Shown here: one piece after another, positions 18,713-29,383 of the stretch | How the letters are laid out: the number at the start of each line of letters is the position of its first letter | Numbering within the stretch: position 1 is the first letter of the stretch | NCBI RefSeq assembly: GCF_965660805.1 | Contig: NZ_CBFIBE010000003.1 | Coordinates: 37,030-101,029 of the forward strand | Reading direction: 5' to 3' | Origin: Nonlabens sp. | Lineage (GTDB): Bacteria; Bacteroidota; Bacteroidia; Flavobacteriales; Flavobacteriaceae | Length of the DNA: 64,000 nt | Made by a program: the position numbers and the translations under genes | Notes under the pieces: generated by a model | The model's database searches: none | What the model saw: the letters and a program-made list of their open reading frames with translations, nothing else | Told to the model about the DNA's origin: nothing

Positions 18713-19216
18713 TTACAGCTTTAAGCCAAATCGTGCCAGCATCTTTTTTTCAAACCACCAGAAAAATTTAAACTGTCCAAAGATCCATCCATTTACCACT
18801 AGCAATACTTGATAAATAGGGAAGATGATGAGTAAGCGTAGTGGCCAGAAAGTCCATGCCGACATAGAATCCTGATCAATTCCTAAAAATTCCAGTAGAG
18901 GTGAAGAGAGTCGTGCAGCCGCAGATCCTGTAATGGCAAACACTATAAATATGGCTATCATTTCCCAGCGCTGTTTAATATTCCATTTAGTGATCAAGCG
19001 TGGAAAAACCCACATACAAAACCTATAGAAAATGTAAGCTAGGAATACTGTCACTCCATAAATAAAGAGATATTCATAAGTTACATCTTCAAAATGAGAA
19101 GGCATTACTCGTGAAGCTATAAAATAACCACAAGCAAGTAAGCTTAATACACCTAATACAATGAATATAAGTTGCCAATTACTAGAAATGTCCCAGTTTT
19201 TTTTGATTTTTTGCAT
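18713..19216 (-). CDS. Membrane protein, DUF6787-like C-terminal half
   Basis: FIVFAITGS, YQVLL..GW.FGQFKFFW.FEKKM. ATG 19216 is preferred over the track start at 19231. Confidence 0.75.
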   Translation of the reverse strand: MQKIKKNWDISSNWQLIFIVLGVLSLLACGYFIASRVMPSHFEDVTYEYLFIYGVTVFLAYIFYRFCMWVFPRLITKWNIKQRWEMIAIFIVFAITGSAAARLSSPLLEFLGIDQDSMSAWTFWPLRLLIIFPIYQVLLVVNGWIFGQFKFFWWFEKKMLARFGLKL

Positions 19217-19230
19217 GGTGCAAAAATACA

Positions 19231-19641
19231 CTACCGCAGCCGTTGATTATATCGTTTTTCAAAGAAAAGAAAGTAATTATAGAGCAAGTAATTTACTTCA
19301 TAGCCATAATCTACGTCATTTTCATAATCTATGCGCCATTGATACAAACTAGGATCGTAACTTAAGGCATTATTTACACGCAAGTTGTATTCATTAACGT
19401 AGAGTTTGTTGCGCATCTCTAGAGTGCTTTGTGCATAATAACCTCTGGGCGGTTGAGTAACGAGCCAGGCATTAAAACCAGGTTCTATGACGATGAGTTC
19501 ATACTCTAAACTATCATTAGCAATACGCAAAGTGTCAGATTTAGTCTGTATAGCAAGTGAACCATTTCTAGTACTAGGCCTGTAACTATTACAACTCACG
19601 ATAAGGGCAAGAAGGGCTATAAAATAAAAGGTTGTTTTCAT
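19231..19641 (-). CDS. Lipoprotein, DUF6146-like
   Basis: Lipobox LLALIVSC, EYELIVIEPGF, DYGYEVNYLLYNYF. Start 19641 gives a canonical lipoprotein signal (track start 19725). Confidence 0.78.
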   Translation of the reverse strand: MKTTFYFIALLALIVSCNSYRPSTRNGSLAIQTKSDTLRIANDSLEYELIVIEPGFNAWLVTQPPRGYYAQSTLEMRNKLYVNEYNLRVNNALSYDPSLYQWRIDYENDVDYGYEVNYLLYNYFLFFEKRYNQRLR

Positions 19642-19733
19642 GGGGTAAATATAACGCCACAAAAACAACCTTACACGCCATAACTCGTATATACTATATA
19701 TGAACGAGTAAAAGGCGGTTTTCATTGAGTTAT

Positions 19734-20372
19734 TTACTTTCCAAAAAGCCCACCTAGTAATCCTCCTAGACCACCTTTTTTCTTGTCGCCACCTAGTACC
19801 ATTCCTGCTACATTATCAACGATGCTACCATCACCGTCTGCATCGAGGATTTGTTCGATAAATGATTGATCTTTTGCTCCAGACTGTCCTAGGACAGATC
19901 CTAAAAGATCTCCTATTCCGTTTTGGTCTACATTTTCAGCCTGTTTTTGTTTTCCTAGCATACCCATAAGAATAGGAGCAGCCATTTTAATAATTTCACT
20001 CACGTTACTAGCATCCATACCACTAGATTGAGAAAGAGCACTTTCTACTTGCGGTTGTTTAGCTCCTAGTACATGACCTAAAATACCAGCACCATCATTA
20101 ACTAAATCATCCGGGCTACCTGCGCCATCGCCAAAAAGCCCGCCTAACATATCCAGTACTCCACCGCCGTGACGCTGATCGCTTAAGGCACTGTTTAAAG
20201 CACTCGCACCTTCTGGTGTAGCTGCATTACGTTGCATAGCTCCTAGTATTAAAGGCATAGCCTGTGATAATACATTTGCTGTTTTATCTGCTGGTTGACC
20301 TGTCTTTTGAGCAGCACCATTGATAAGTGTCTGTCCTAAATCTGATTGTAAAAGGTTTAATATAGAATCCAT
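19734..20372 (-). CDS. DUF937 family protein
   Basis: Gly/Leu-rich helical repeats, LGHVLG, DADGDGS, GLGGLLGGLFG tail. Confidence 0.82.
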   Translation of the reverse strand: MDSILNLLQSDLGQTLINGAAQKTGQPADKTANVLSQAMPLILGAMQRNAATPEGASALNSALSDQRHGGGVLDMLGGLFGDGAGSPDDLVNDGAGILGHVLGAKQPQVESALSQSSGMDASNVSEIIKMAAPILMGMLGKQKQAENVDQNGIGDLLGSVLGQSGAKDQSFIEQILDADGDGSIVDNVAGMVLGGDKKKGGLGGLLGGLFGK

Positions 20373-20454
20373 TGTGATACATTATAATGTTTAATGAATT
20401 GTAAATTAAAGTATCCTAAGGTTTAATTATCCTTTTAGATTTCTCTTTTAAGTT

Positions 20455-20470
20455 CGCTTTCGCGAAAGCG
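20455..20470. repeat. 16-bp palindrome copy 6, perfect, intergenic
   Basis: CGCTTTCGCGAAAGCG upstream of the DUF937 gene. Confidence 0.97.
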
Positions 20471-20609
20471 TAATTTTAAACGATAAAATACCATAATCCA
20501 GCATGATCATGCTTCATAAAGAAGTGCCCTTTATTCTTAAAAATGGCTACGTATTTTTTATTTACAGTTTTTGAAGTCCAGTGAGCTAACTAGACTTGTA
20601 GCTCAGGGC

Positions 20610-20630
20610 TATAAACGCAATTTGGTATAA
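20610..20630 (-). mobile_element. Mini-element single end, copy D
   Basis: Minus strand TTATACCAAATTGCGTTTATA is 18/21 identical to 34957-34977. Confidence 0.5.
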
Positions 20631-20667
20631 AGTTATTTTAGCTTGTTTTTTAGTAATTTATGTAAAG

Positions 20668-20692
20668 AAAAAGCGCCCTGAAAAGGGCGCTT
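20668..20692 (-). terminator. Intrinsic terminator of the sigma factor gene
   Basis: AAGCGCCCT-gaaa-AGGGCGCTT with a U-run on the minus strand. Confidence 0.75.
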
Positions 20693-20715
20693 GAATAAAA
20701 AAATGTAGGGACTGA

Positions 20716-21579
20716 TTACCCTAAATATGACTTAAGGATTTTACTTCTTGAGTTTTGACGCAATCTTTTGATTCCTTTTTCTTTAATCTGGCGCACGCGC
20801 TCACGAGTTAAATCAAAGGTTTCACCGATCTCTTCTAAGCTCATAGGTTGTTGATTCCCTATACCGAAGTAAAGAGAAATAACGTCTGCCTCTTTTTGTG
20901 ATAAAGTCTCAAGTGCGCGAGTGATCTCAAGTGTAAGTGACTCATGCAATAATTCTCTATCTGGATTAGGAGACTCACCACTACGCACTACGTCATAGAG
21001 GTTAGAGGTTTCTCCTTCTTTAAGAGGTGCGTCCATCGATACGTGACGACCTGCGTTTTTAAGAGACTGCTTAACGTCGCTTACCGTCATGTCTAGCTCT
21101 TTTGCTAGCTCTTCTGGTGATGGTGGGCGCTCGTGTAATTGCTCAAGGTGTGAAAATGCCTTATTAATCTTGTTTATAGATCCGATTTTGTTCAAAGGTA
21201 AACGCACGATACGGGACTGCTCTGCTAGTGCTTGAAGAATCGACTGGCGTATCCACCATACTGCGTATGAGATGAATTTAAATCCACGAGTTTCATCAAA
21301 TCTTTTGGCAGCCTTTACAAGACCTGCATTACCTTCATTAATAAGATCTGGAAGTTTAAGCCCTTGATTCTGATACTGTTTTGCAACAGAAACCACAAAA
21401 CGTAAGTTTGCAGTAGTCAGTTTCTCTAGAGCTCTCTGATCACCCTTTTTAATACGCTGTGCCAGTTCCACTTCTTCCTCTGCCGTGATTAGATCAATTT
21501 TAGAGATGTCCTGTAGGTACTTATCCAGCGATTTAGACTCACGGTTGGTAACCTGCTTGGTGATTTTGAGTTGTCTCAT
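20716..21579 (-). CDS. RNA polymerase sigma-70 factor, RpoD/SigA family, Bacteroidota type without region 1.1; may be a second paralogue
   Basis: [47 protein letters not shown]. Confidence 0.93.
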   Translation of the reverse strand: MRQLKITKQVTNRESKSLDKYLQDISKIDLITAEEEVELAQRIKKGDQRALEKLTTANLRFVVSVAKQYQNQGLKLPDLINEGNAGLVKAAKRFDETRGFKFISYAVWWIRQSILQALAEQSRIVRLPLNKIGSINKINKAFSHLEQLHERPPSPEELAKELDMTVSDVKQSLKNAGRHVSMDAPLKEGETSNLYDVVRSGESPNPDRELLHESLTLEITRALETLSQKEADVISLYFGIGNQQPMSLEEIGETFDLTRERVRQIKEKGIKRLRQNSRSKILKSYLG

Positions 21580-21763
21580 TTAATGTATAAAGATTAAAAA
21601 GTTTATAGTACCTGACAGCTTTTGTCAGGCTTTGTTATATTAGCAAAAATCATACCAAAACAGTTGTTTATGACACTTATTCAGACCAGTAATAGTGCGA
21701 GATGTGCTACTATTTATGAGTCGTAAGATGATGCTTTTTGTTACAGATATGGTTTTGGTTTTA

Positions 21764-21779
21764 CGCTTTCGCGAAAGCG
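21764..21779. repeat. 16-bp palindrome copy 7, perfect, intergenic
   Basis: CGCTTTCGCGAAAGCG upstream of the sigma factor gene. Confidence 0.97.
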
Positions 21780-21886
21780 TATTCTTTACAACCATAACGT
21801 TAATAGGCCTTTATTTGAATCCTTATCTTTAATTTTATTTTTAAACTAATGAACAAAACCTGAATAAGAGGACCATTTAAGTCTTG

Positions 21887-22300
21887 TTAAAAAATTAAGA
21901 AAAAATCTAGAATTACTATTGCGGTCCATAATATGACACGTAACCAGTTGTATTGTGTCAGTTTGTGAAGATTTTGTTCAGTTGGGTTTTTATCTATGGC
22001 GGCATGCATGGGAATAAATATAAATACTGTTGATATCCATGTAAGTGCTACCAAAATAGCATAAACAAGATTAGGCGCAAACATTAAGTGATAATACAAC
22101 CAGAAATAAATTACTAACCCTATTTGTAGAAACATTAACGGTGCTACGATAAATGTAATGTTTCTCGTATAGATTTTGTGCCATCTACTCAACCCATCTT
22201 TTCCAAAGTACTTAAAACCTGGATAAATTAACAATTGTACCATCCATATTAATACCATAAGACCAAAGTCTATAGCGAGTCTAAATATTTCTATTTTCAT
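21887..22300 (-). CDS. Hypothetical 4-TM membrane protein
   Basis: ORF track; QLLIYP, PMH and NWLRVILW motifs; hydrophobic. Confidence 0.78.
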   Translation of the reverse strand: MKIEIFRLAIDFGLMVLIWMVQLLIYPGFKYFGKDGLSRWHKIYTRNITFIVAPLMFLQIGLVIYFWLYYHLMFAPNLVYAILVALTWISTVFIFIPMHAAIDKNPTEQNLHKLTQYNWLRVILWTAIVILDFFLIF

Positions 22301-22336
22301 ATAATTGATTTTCTAGGTTGGAGTAAGGTCTATCTG

Positions 22337-22717
22337 TTATGCTTTTCTAATTTTCCATGCCCACCAAATTAATAATGGATGAATAACTATTAATCGTATC
22401 CAAGCTATCCATTCAGGGATACAAAAATCTCCAGCACAACTGCCCATTTGTATAAAATAGATATGTGAAATGGTAAAGGCTAGTAGCATAGCTATGGTTA
22501 TATAACTAGTTAACTGTTGCGAGAGTTTAAAACACGCCATTACCGCTACTAATAGTTCTACAAATCCTGCTGTGTAATTGATTAATGATTTATAACACAT
22601 CCAGTCAGGAATCACTTCCAGATAAACATCTGGCTGGATGAAGTGCATGATGCCGGCAACGGTATAAAAAACTACAAAAGAGTAGCGTAGCAGGTTGCGT
22701 TTCATGTGAGTTTCCAA
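22337..22717 (-). CDS. DoxX-like membrane protein
   Basis: FY.VAGIMHF..P..Y, C-terminal W.RL...PLLI.WAW. Confidence 0.72.
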   Translation of the reverse strand: METHMKRNLLRYSFVVFYTVAGIMHFIQPDVYLEVIPDWMCYKSLINYTAGFVELLVAVMACFKLSQQLTSYITIAMLLAFTISHIYFIQMGSCAGDFCIPEWIAWIRLIVIHPLLIWWAWKIRKA

Positions 22718-23085
22718 TTATGATCTGTATGAACCTTCTTGAGAATTAAAAAAAACGGTATCCACCAAATGAAGTCGTTTGTGATTAAGGTATAGATGAA
22801 TTCCAATGGAACAACGTCTTGTAAATAATTAAAAATAAATCCTAATGGTCCAAAAATCTTACCCAAAAAGCCGACTGCGACGATAGGCCAGTGGCGCATG
22901 GGATCATTACTTGCCCACCAATAACCGAGACCATAAACGCCTATAACCATTCCCATGCCTTGCCATACCATAGGGTGATTTAAGGGTTCCATACCTACTA
23001 ATTCAAAGAAATGATTAGGGAATAACACCACCCAAGCGCCCCAAATCAAATTATATATTGCAGCAAGTTGAAGTGTAAGTTTCAT
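22702..23085 (-). CDS. Hypothetical 4-TM membrane protein
   Basis: AAIYNLIWGAWVV, WQGMGMVIGVYG, NDFIWWIPF. Confidence 0.75.
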   Translation of the reverse strand: MKLTLQLAAIYNLIWGAWVVLFPNHFFELVGMEPLNHPMVWQGMGMVIGVYGLGYWWASNDPMRHWPIVAVGFLGKIFGPLGFIFNYLQDVVPLEFIYTLITNDFIWWIPFFLILKKVHTDHNWKLT

Positions 23086-23135
23086 AAAATGTTTTAAGCT
23101 TAGGTCTAGGTGAGCTTGTTTAAATTACAACCATA

Positions 23136-24260
23136 CTAAGATTTTATATCTTTTCTGTAAGTACGTCTTCTTTTGTGAAGTATAGGGTCATAGTTTTTCC
23201 AAGAGGCCTGAACGGCTAAGTTATCTTCAAGTTCTGGATTAGTTTCACACAGTGTAACGCCGTAATTCATAAAGTTTTGCGTGACGTTTCTAAACATCAT
23301 TGCGGTAACTCCTTTTCCCTGATATTCTGGATCTATTCCTATAAGGTAGAAAGCTGCTCTATCGTTTTTCTTTTTGGCTTTTAATAAATGCATAAAACCA
23401 AGCGGCCATAATTTACCTTTTGCTTTTTGTAAGGCACGAGAAAATGAAGGCATGGTTATGGCAAAACCTATTAGTTTTTCATGCTCATCAACCACGAGTT
23501 CTAAAAAATCTGGATTTATAAAAGGAAGATATTTTTCTTTGTAAAGATCAATCTGGTATTGCTGGATAGGAACAAAGGTTACTAAGTTGCTATATGTCTT
23601 ATTTAGAAGATCAAACATATCATCTACGTAAGGCAGTATTTCTTTGGTAGACTTGAACTTGAGAGTTTTAAGCTTGTATCTTTTTCCTATTATATCTGCA
23701 AATTTGTTGATCTTTTCAGGAATAGGATTAGGTGGTTCAAATTTGAATTCTACCCATTCTGCGGCTTTTTCATAGCCTAATTGCTCTAAATGTTGTTTAT
23801 AATATGGAGCGTTATACCATGTAATCATGGTACTTAATTCTTCAAAACCTTTTATGAGTAAGCCTGCCTTATCCATGTTTGAAAACCCTACAGGACCTTC
23901 CACATATTCTAGGTTCTTGTCTTTTCCTATTTGGTGAACTTCTTTAAGAAGTGCTTTAGTGACCTCTATGTCATCAATCATGTCTAGCCATCCGAAACGC
24001 ATTTTAGGTTTCTTTTGTTCATTAACCTCGATATAATTAATAATAGCAGCAATACGTCCTACTATTTTTTTATCTCGATAAGCTAGAAACATCCAGCAGT
24101 CTGCATTTTTAAATACTTGATTCTTCTCAGGATCAAAATTTGCCATCTCATCTTTTATGATGGGTGGCACGTAGTATTTATTATCTTTATATAGTTCTTG
24201 CTGGAAGGCTACAAACTTCTTCACATCAGCCTTAGAACTTATTTGCTTGATTTCAATCAT
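23136..24260 (-). CDS. YghO-like protein with a C-terminal GNAT-like fold
   Basis: YVPP...E, GRIAAIIN, N.PYY..H.E.LGY, ELEDN, K.RRTY.K. Confidence 0.7.
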   Translation of the reverse strand: MIEIKQISSKADVKKFVAFQQELYKDNKYYVPPIIKDEMANFDPEKNQVFKNADCWMFLAYRDKKIVGRIAAIINYIEVNEQKKPKMRFGWLDMIDDIEVTKALLKEVHQIGKDKNLEYVEGPVGFSNMDKAGLLIKGFEELSTMITWYNAPYYKQHLEQLGYEKAAEWVEFKFEPPNPIPEKINKFADIIGKRYKLKTLKFKSTKEILPYVDDMFDLLNKTYSNLVTFVPIQQYQIDLYKEKYLPFINPDFLELVVDEHEKLIGFAITMPSFSRALQKAKGKLWPLGFMHLLKAKKKNDRAAFYLIGIDPEYQGKGVTAMMFRNVTQNFMNYGVTLCETNPELEDNLAVQASWKNYDPILHKRRRTYRKDIKS

Positions 24261-24269
24261 AGGAGATTC

Positions 24270-25232
24270 TTAGAAATCTATTTTTTTCTTTTTCTTGTTT
24301 TTCTTTCCTTTATCATCGCCAGTACCTTTTAGGTTTTTTTTCTGACTGATGGCTTCATCATCTTTATGAAAATCAAAACGGTAAGACATCCCTACATTTG
24401 CTTGAAAAACACTAGGTGTATCTTTAAAGTTTATAGTAGCACTAGCATCAACCTGCCAGTCTTTACTAATTAAGTATGCAATACCACCACGACCTAAATC
24501 ATCACTATAAAAGTCTGATTTGAATCCTTGATACTCGCCAAAAACAGCCCATTTTCTATTAATACTATGTGTCATGGTAAGAATCCATTCATAAGAAGGG
24601 TAATCTGTAGAAATACGGTCTACAATAAAGTTAGTCACAAAAACCCATTGTCCCCAGTTGTTTTGCGTGATTAATTCAAATCGAGGAGAAAATGAAGGGT
24701 CATTAGGAGGCGTGAGAGAATTAGTCTCAGATAAATCTATGTTTGCTCCAGCATAAATGGAAACCGCAGGAACTAAATCTTTCCAGTTCAATCTTCTATT
24801 TGCTTTCCAGCTTAACAGATTTACCTTTTTCTCACCCCAAAATTTCAAAGGATCAAATACTAAATATTTAGCACCGATCGTACTACGTGAAAAATTTGAA
24901 AATTTACTGTCCACATTACCGAAACCACGATTATCTGATTGTTTCACACTAGCAAATGTCCCTATGTATGAGAATTCTAAACGTTCCATAAATGCTCCAT
25001 AGCGCAGTTGCATACTTAATCCTGTATAGTCGCGTTCATAGCGCTGTAAATGATGCTCTTCTGTGCGATAAAATAAATTTCCCTCAACTTGAGCAACACC
25101 TTTCCCTACAGCAAAGGCACCTTGAGATAGCCCAGGATTGTTAGTATTAACGGTTTCTGTATACTGAGCAGCGGTAGACATGCTGATGAAACACACTATA
25201 GCAAATAATATTTTTTGAGTCCAAGCCTTCAT
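24270..25232 (-). CDS. Outer-membrane beta-barrel transporter, Phenol_MetA-like
   Basis: Signal peptide, NTNNPG.S.GAFAVGKG..QVE, amphipathic strands, C-terminal G.SYRFD. Confidence 0.7.
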   Translation of the reverse strand: MKAWTQKILFAIVCFISMSTAAQYTETVNTNNPGLSQGAFAVGKGVAQVEGNLFYRTEEHHLQRYERDYTGLSMQLRYGAFMERLEFSYIGTFASVKQSDNRGFGNVDSKFSNFSRSTIGAKYLVFDPLKFWGEKKVNLLSWKANRRLNWKDLVPAVSIYAGANIDLSETNSLTPPNDPSFSPRFELITQNNWGQWVFVTNFIVDRISTDYPSYEWILTMTHSINRKWAVFGEYQGFKSDFYSDDLGRGGIAYLISKDWQVDASATINFKDTPSVFQANVGMSYRFDFHKDDEAISQKKNLKGTGDDKGKKNKKKKKIDF

Positions 25233-25321
25233 AAAATGATATTCTATAAGGCTTCAAATTTAAGATATATTAAAGAGTAATGATTAAATGAGTTTTTAAT
25301 TTTACCTAAAATTATAATCTA

Positions 25322-25588
25322 TTGAAATTTTTACAAGCTTTACTTATAGTTCTCGTGGTTTATGTAACCTTACGTTTAATATTTAAGTATTATGGAAAGA
25401 GTATTTTGGCATGGTTAGGAAAAAAGGCGATGCAGCGCATGGCTCGTAGTTTTGAAAAACGCAGCGGTATGAATATGTCAGATATTAAAAACTCTCAAAC
25501 TAATAGAACTTCTAACCATAAAAAAGTTAACAAACCTACCGAAAAGAAAGTAGTAGGTGAGTACGTGGACTTTGAGGAAATTGATTAA
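25322..25588 (+). CDS. DUF4834 family small membrane protein
   Basis: N-terminal TM, C-terminal GEYVDFEEID; TTG start. Confidence 0.78.
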   Translation: MKFLQALLIVLVVYVTLRLIFKYYGKSILAWLGKKAMQRMARSFEKRSGMNMSDIKNSQTNRTSNHKKVNKPTEKKVVGEYVDFEEID

Positions 25589-25618
25589 TTTTCAACCTTA
25601 ATAGATTGCCTTTAATTC

Positions 25619-28087
25619 ATGACTTTTAATTTTAAGAAAATCCTTCCGCATCTCGCAGTTATTGCAGTATTTATTATTGCTGCATTAGCTTACTTTAATC
25701 CAGTATTAAGCGGTAAAAAACTATACCAAAATGATATTGTTCAGTATAAAGGTAATGCGAGACAGTTAATAGAACACCGCGCTGCCACAGGAGAAGAACT
25801 CTACTGGACAGATTCTGTTTTTGGAGGTATGCCCACATATCAACTCGGTGCGCGCTATCCTTATGATTTTATAGATGGACTTGATAGAGTGCTGAGATTC
25901 CTGCCACGTCCTGCAGACTATCTTTTCCTTTATTTCTTTTCCTTTTACATGCTCATGCTGGTGATGCGTGTCAACTGGAAAATAGGTTTACTAGGAGCAC
26001 TGGCTTTTGGGTTTTCTACCTATTTGATTATCATTCTAGGAGTAGGGCACAATGCCAAAGCTCATGCCATAGCTTACTTTCCTCTTGTACTTAGTGGCAT
26101 ATTATTAGTGTTTCAAAAACGATATTTACTAGGTTTTATAGTTACAGCGGTTGCCATGGCACTAGAGCTGCAGGCTAACCATCCTCAAATGACTTATTAT
26201 TTATTGCTGGCTGTGATTATTTTAGGCGTCGCTTATCTGGTAGATGCTGCTCGTAAAAAAGTTTTACCGCACTACTTTAAATCTATAGGTATTATGACCG
26301 CTGCAGTATTACTGGCACTAGGAACTAATGCCGGTAATTTACTAGCAACTAGTGAGTACTCTCAAGAAAGTACCCGTGGTAAATCTTCTCTAACTATTAA
26401 CGCTCAAGGCGAAAAAATAGTTCCTCAAACAGGTCTCGACTATGACTACATCACGCAGTATTCTTATGGATTAAGTGAAAGTTTAAATTTGTTAGTTCCT
26501 AGATTTGCCGGTGGTGGAAGTGCTGCCAGACCTGACGAAGATTCAAATGCTGTACAATTCCTTACGGATCAAGGTTTGCCTAAAAGAGAAGTTTTAGGAT
26601 TTATTAATGAAAGTGTACCGCTTTATTGGGGTGATCAAATTATTGTAGAAGCACCACCATACCTAGGAATAGGAGTTGTGTTTCTGGCGATTCTTGCATT
26701 ATTTTTAATAAAAGGAAGGCTGCGCTGGTGGACTAGTGCTGTTATTATTTTAGCTTTATTACTGTCCTACGGTAAAAATGCAGACTGGCTCACAAGTTTC
26801 TTTATAGATGTGGTACCGTTGTACAATAAATTCCGTGCAGTGACATCTATTCAGGTACTAATAGAGCTATGTGTTCCTATTCTTGCTGTTATAGGGTTAT
26901 GGCAGTTTTTTAACGAAAAGAATACACAGGAAACAAAAGCCAAAGCACTCAAATATGCCGGTATTACTTTGGGTGGTTTGCTAGTTATACTGGTAGCATT
27001 TGGTGGTCAATTATTTGATTTTGCCAGTCCTATGGATCGGTATTACTTAGAAAGTGAACAATTAGGAGTAGGTTTTGTGGACGCTTTAAGAGATGATCGT
27101 TTTGAAGTCATGCGAGCAGATGTTTTTAGAGCACTGTTAATAGTTGGGATTATTTCGGCAGCATTATTTTTATTACTCAAAAAGAAGGTTTCAGAGAACC
27201 TGGTTTTACTAGTCGCTGGAGTGGTTATCTTATTTGACTTAGTAAGTTTCAACCTGAACTATGTAAACAGCGATGATTATGTAAAAGCCAGTGAGTATGA
27301 TAACGCACACACTAAGACTCAAGCAGATGAAATCGCTATGCAAGATGCTAAGAATGGCGATCATTACAGAGTTTATGATAAATTAGTGAATCCATTTAAT
27401 TCAGGTCGTGCGCCTTACTTCCATAAATCTATAGGTGGTTATCATGGTGCAAAGCCTAGACGTATTCAAGAGATATCAGAATTTTATCTTTATGATGAAA
27501 ACGGAATAGCTCCTGTGAATAGAGAAAATATAGAAATCTTGAGCATGTTTAATGTGAGATACATTATAGATGTTGAAGAAACCGGTTATGTAGCTCAAAA
27601 AAATCCTATGACCTTAGGAAATGGCTGGTTTGTAAACGAACTTAAGGTGGTAGAAAATGATAATGAAGAGATAATGAGTCTAGCTGAACTTAACGGAACA
27701 CAACGCGCCATTATCCAGAAGAATCAAAAAGATCTTCTCCAGCTCAAAACTACCCATGCAGATTCCACTTCAAGCATTCAACTAGTAGATTATGACACTC
27801 AAAGACTGGTTTATAAAAGTAATAACATTCAAGAAGGTCTAGCAGTTTTCTCTGAAATGTATTATCCGCATGGATGGAAAGCTACTGTTGATGGGCAGGA
27901 AACTCCTATAGCTAGAGTAAACTATGCGTTAAGAGGAATTAAGGTTCCAGCAGGTTCTCATGAAATAGTCATGAGTTTTGAACCTCAAGTAGTAAAAACA
28001 GGTAGTTCTATAATGCTAGGAAGTAATATCCTTTTATTTTTAATCATTATAGGTGGAGCGTTTTACAGGTTTAAGAATAAGTCTTAA
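25619..28087 (+). CDS. YfhO family polytopic membrane protein, GT-C-like
   Basis: Many TM helices, WT.S.FGGMPTY, YNKFRA, SIGGYHGAK, FSEMYYP.GWKA, NYALRG. Confidence 0.85.
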   Translation: MTFNFKKILPHLAVIAVFIIAALAYFNPVLSGKKLYQNDIVQYKGNARQLIEHRAATGEELYWTDSVFGGMPTYQLGARYPYDFIDGLDRVLRFLPRPADYLFLYFFSFYMLMLVMRVNWKIGLLGALAFGFSTYLIIILGVGHNAKAHAIAYFPLVLSGILLVFQKRYLLGFIVTAVAMALELQANHPQMTYYLLLAVIILGVAYLVDAARKKVLPHYFKSIGIMTAAVLLALGTNAGNLLATSEYSQESTRGKSSLTINAQGEKIVPQTGLDYDYITQYSYGLSESLNLLVPRFAGGGSAARPDEDSNAVQFLTDQGLPKREVLGFINESVPLYWGDQIIVEAPPYLGIGVVFLAILALFLIKGRLRWWTSAVIILALLLSYGKNADWLTSFFIDVVPLYNKFRAVTSIQVLIELCVPILAVIGLWQFFNEKNTQETKAKALKYAGITLGGLLVILVAFGGQLFDFASPMDRYYLESEQLGVGFVDALRDDRFEVMRADVFRALLIVGIISAALFLLLKKKVSENLVLLVAGVVILFDLVSFNLNYVNSDDYVKASEYDNAHTKTQADEIAMQDAKNGDHYRVYDKLVNPFNSGRAPYFHKSIGGYHGAKPRRIQEISEFYLYDENGIAPVNRENIEILSMFNVRYIIDVEETGYVAQKNPMTLGNGWFVNELKVVENDNEEIMSLAELNGTQRAIIQKNQKDLLQLKTTHADSTSSIQLVDYDTQRLVYKSNNIQEGLAVFSEMYYPHGWKATVDGQETPIARVNYALRGIKVPAGSHEIVMSFEPQVVKTGSSIMLGSNILLFLIIIGGAFYRFKNKS

Positions 28088-29383
28088 ATGAAGAAGCCAG
28101 TTCTTATCATTGCTTATTACTGGCCGCCAGCAGGTGGACCTGGTGTGCAACGATGGTTAAAATTTGCTACTTATTTACCGCAGCACGGCTTTGAGGTGAC
28201 CGTTGTAGTTCCAGAAAACCCAGATTATCCTGTAATTGATGAATCACTCCTAGAACAAGTTCCTGAAGATGTTTCTATCATTAAGGTGCCTATAAATGAA
28301 CCTAGTAGATGGTCTAGTGCGCTTTCGCGAAAGCGAACTAAAAATCTTCAAAAAGGAATACTGCCTAAAAATGCAGGTATGTTACAACGCGCCATGATAT
28401 GGATGCGCGGTAACTTATTTGTTCCTGATGCACGAGTAGGATGGAAGTCTCGAGTTTTAAAAGCTATACATCCCTATTTGCTAGAGCATAAAAATCCTAC
28501 TGTAATAACCACAGGACCACCGCATTCTATTCATTTAATAGGCTTAGAATTAAAGAAAAAATACAAGGGTTTTAAGTGGCTTGCAGATTTTAGAGACCCG
28601 TGGACTACTATAGGTTATCATAAACATTTGAAAATAGGAGCTAGTGCTCAAAAAAAGCACGAGCGTTTAGAACAAGAGGTTTTAGATCATGCAGATTTAA
28701 TAATCGTTACTAGTCCACATACAGGAAAGGAGTTTGCTAGCAAGACTACAACACCTCTTCAGGTTATTACAAATGGGTATGATATTGAAGCGGCACAAAC
28801 TACCCGTCAACCAGATAGTGTTTTTACACTGGCTCATGTAGGAACCTTATTATCAGATCGTGATCCGGTTATTTTATGGGAATGTCTATCTGAGCTTTGT
28901 AAGGAAAGGGAAGATTTTAATACAGATTTTAAATTACAACTGGCCGGTAGCATAAGTGATGAAGTCATTGCCTCTATAAAAAAATCTGGATTAGAAAATA
29001 AGTCAGAATTGCTAGGTTATGTAGATCATCAACAAGCTGTTGAGCTCATGTTTAAGGCGCAATGCTTATTACTCATAGAGGTAGATAGTAAAGATACACA
29101 GGCCATTATACCAGGAAAGATTTTTGAATATCTCGCCAGCCGCAGACCTATTATAGCCATAGGACCTTCTCAGGCAGATATCGAGCAATTCATCAAGCAT
29201 ACTCATTCTGGTCACTATTTTAATTATCAAGAAAAAATAGCTCTTAAAAAACACATTCTTGAAAAATATGAGCTTTTTAAAAATAGCAATAATGAAGGGA
29301 ACAGTCACCCGAGTATCTCAAGTTATAAGAGAGAATTATTAACAGGAACACTTGCTAAAACCATTGCCTACACATGGGAATAG
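28088..29383 (+). CDS. Glycosyltransferase family 4 (GT-B)
   Basis: YYWPPAGGPGVQRW, TTGPPHS, DFRDPW, PGKIFEYLA. Confidence 0.88.
   Translation: MKKPVLIIAYYWPPAGGPGVQRWLKFATYLPQHGFEVTVVVPENPDYPVIDESLLEQVPEDVSIIKVPINEPSRWSSALSRKRTKNLQKGILPKNAGMLQRAMIWMRGNLFVPDARVGWKSRVLKAIHPYLLEHKNPTVITTGPPHSIHLIGLELKKKYKGFKWLADFRDPWTTIGYHKHLKIGASAQKKHERLEQEVLDHADLIIVTSPHTGKEFASKTTTPLQVITNGYDIEAAQTTRQPDSVFTLAHVGTLLSDRDPVILWECLSELCKEREDFNTDFKLQLAGSISDEVIASIKKSGLENKSELLGYVDHQQAVELMFKAQCLLLIEVDSKDTQAIIPGKIFEYLASRRPIIAIGPSQADIEQFIKHTHSGHYFNYQEKIALKKHILEKYELFKNSNNEGNSHPSISSYKRELLTGTLAKTIAYTWE
28320..28335. repeat. 16-bp palindrome copy 8, perfect, in the GT4 gene, read as LSRKR
   Basis: ...WSSA-LSRKR-TKNL... Confidence 0.97.
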
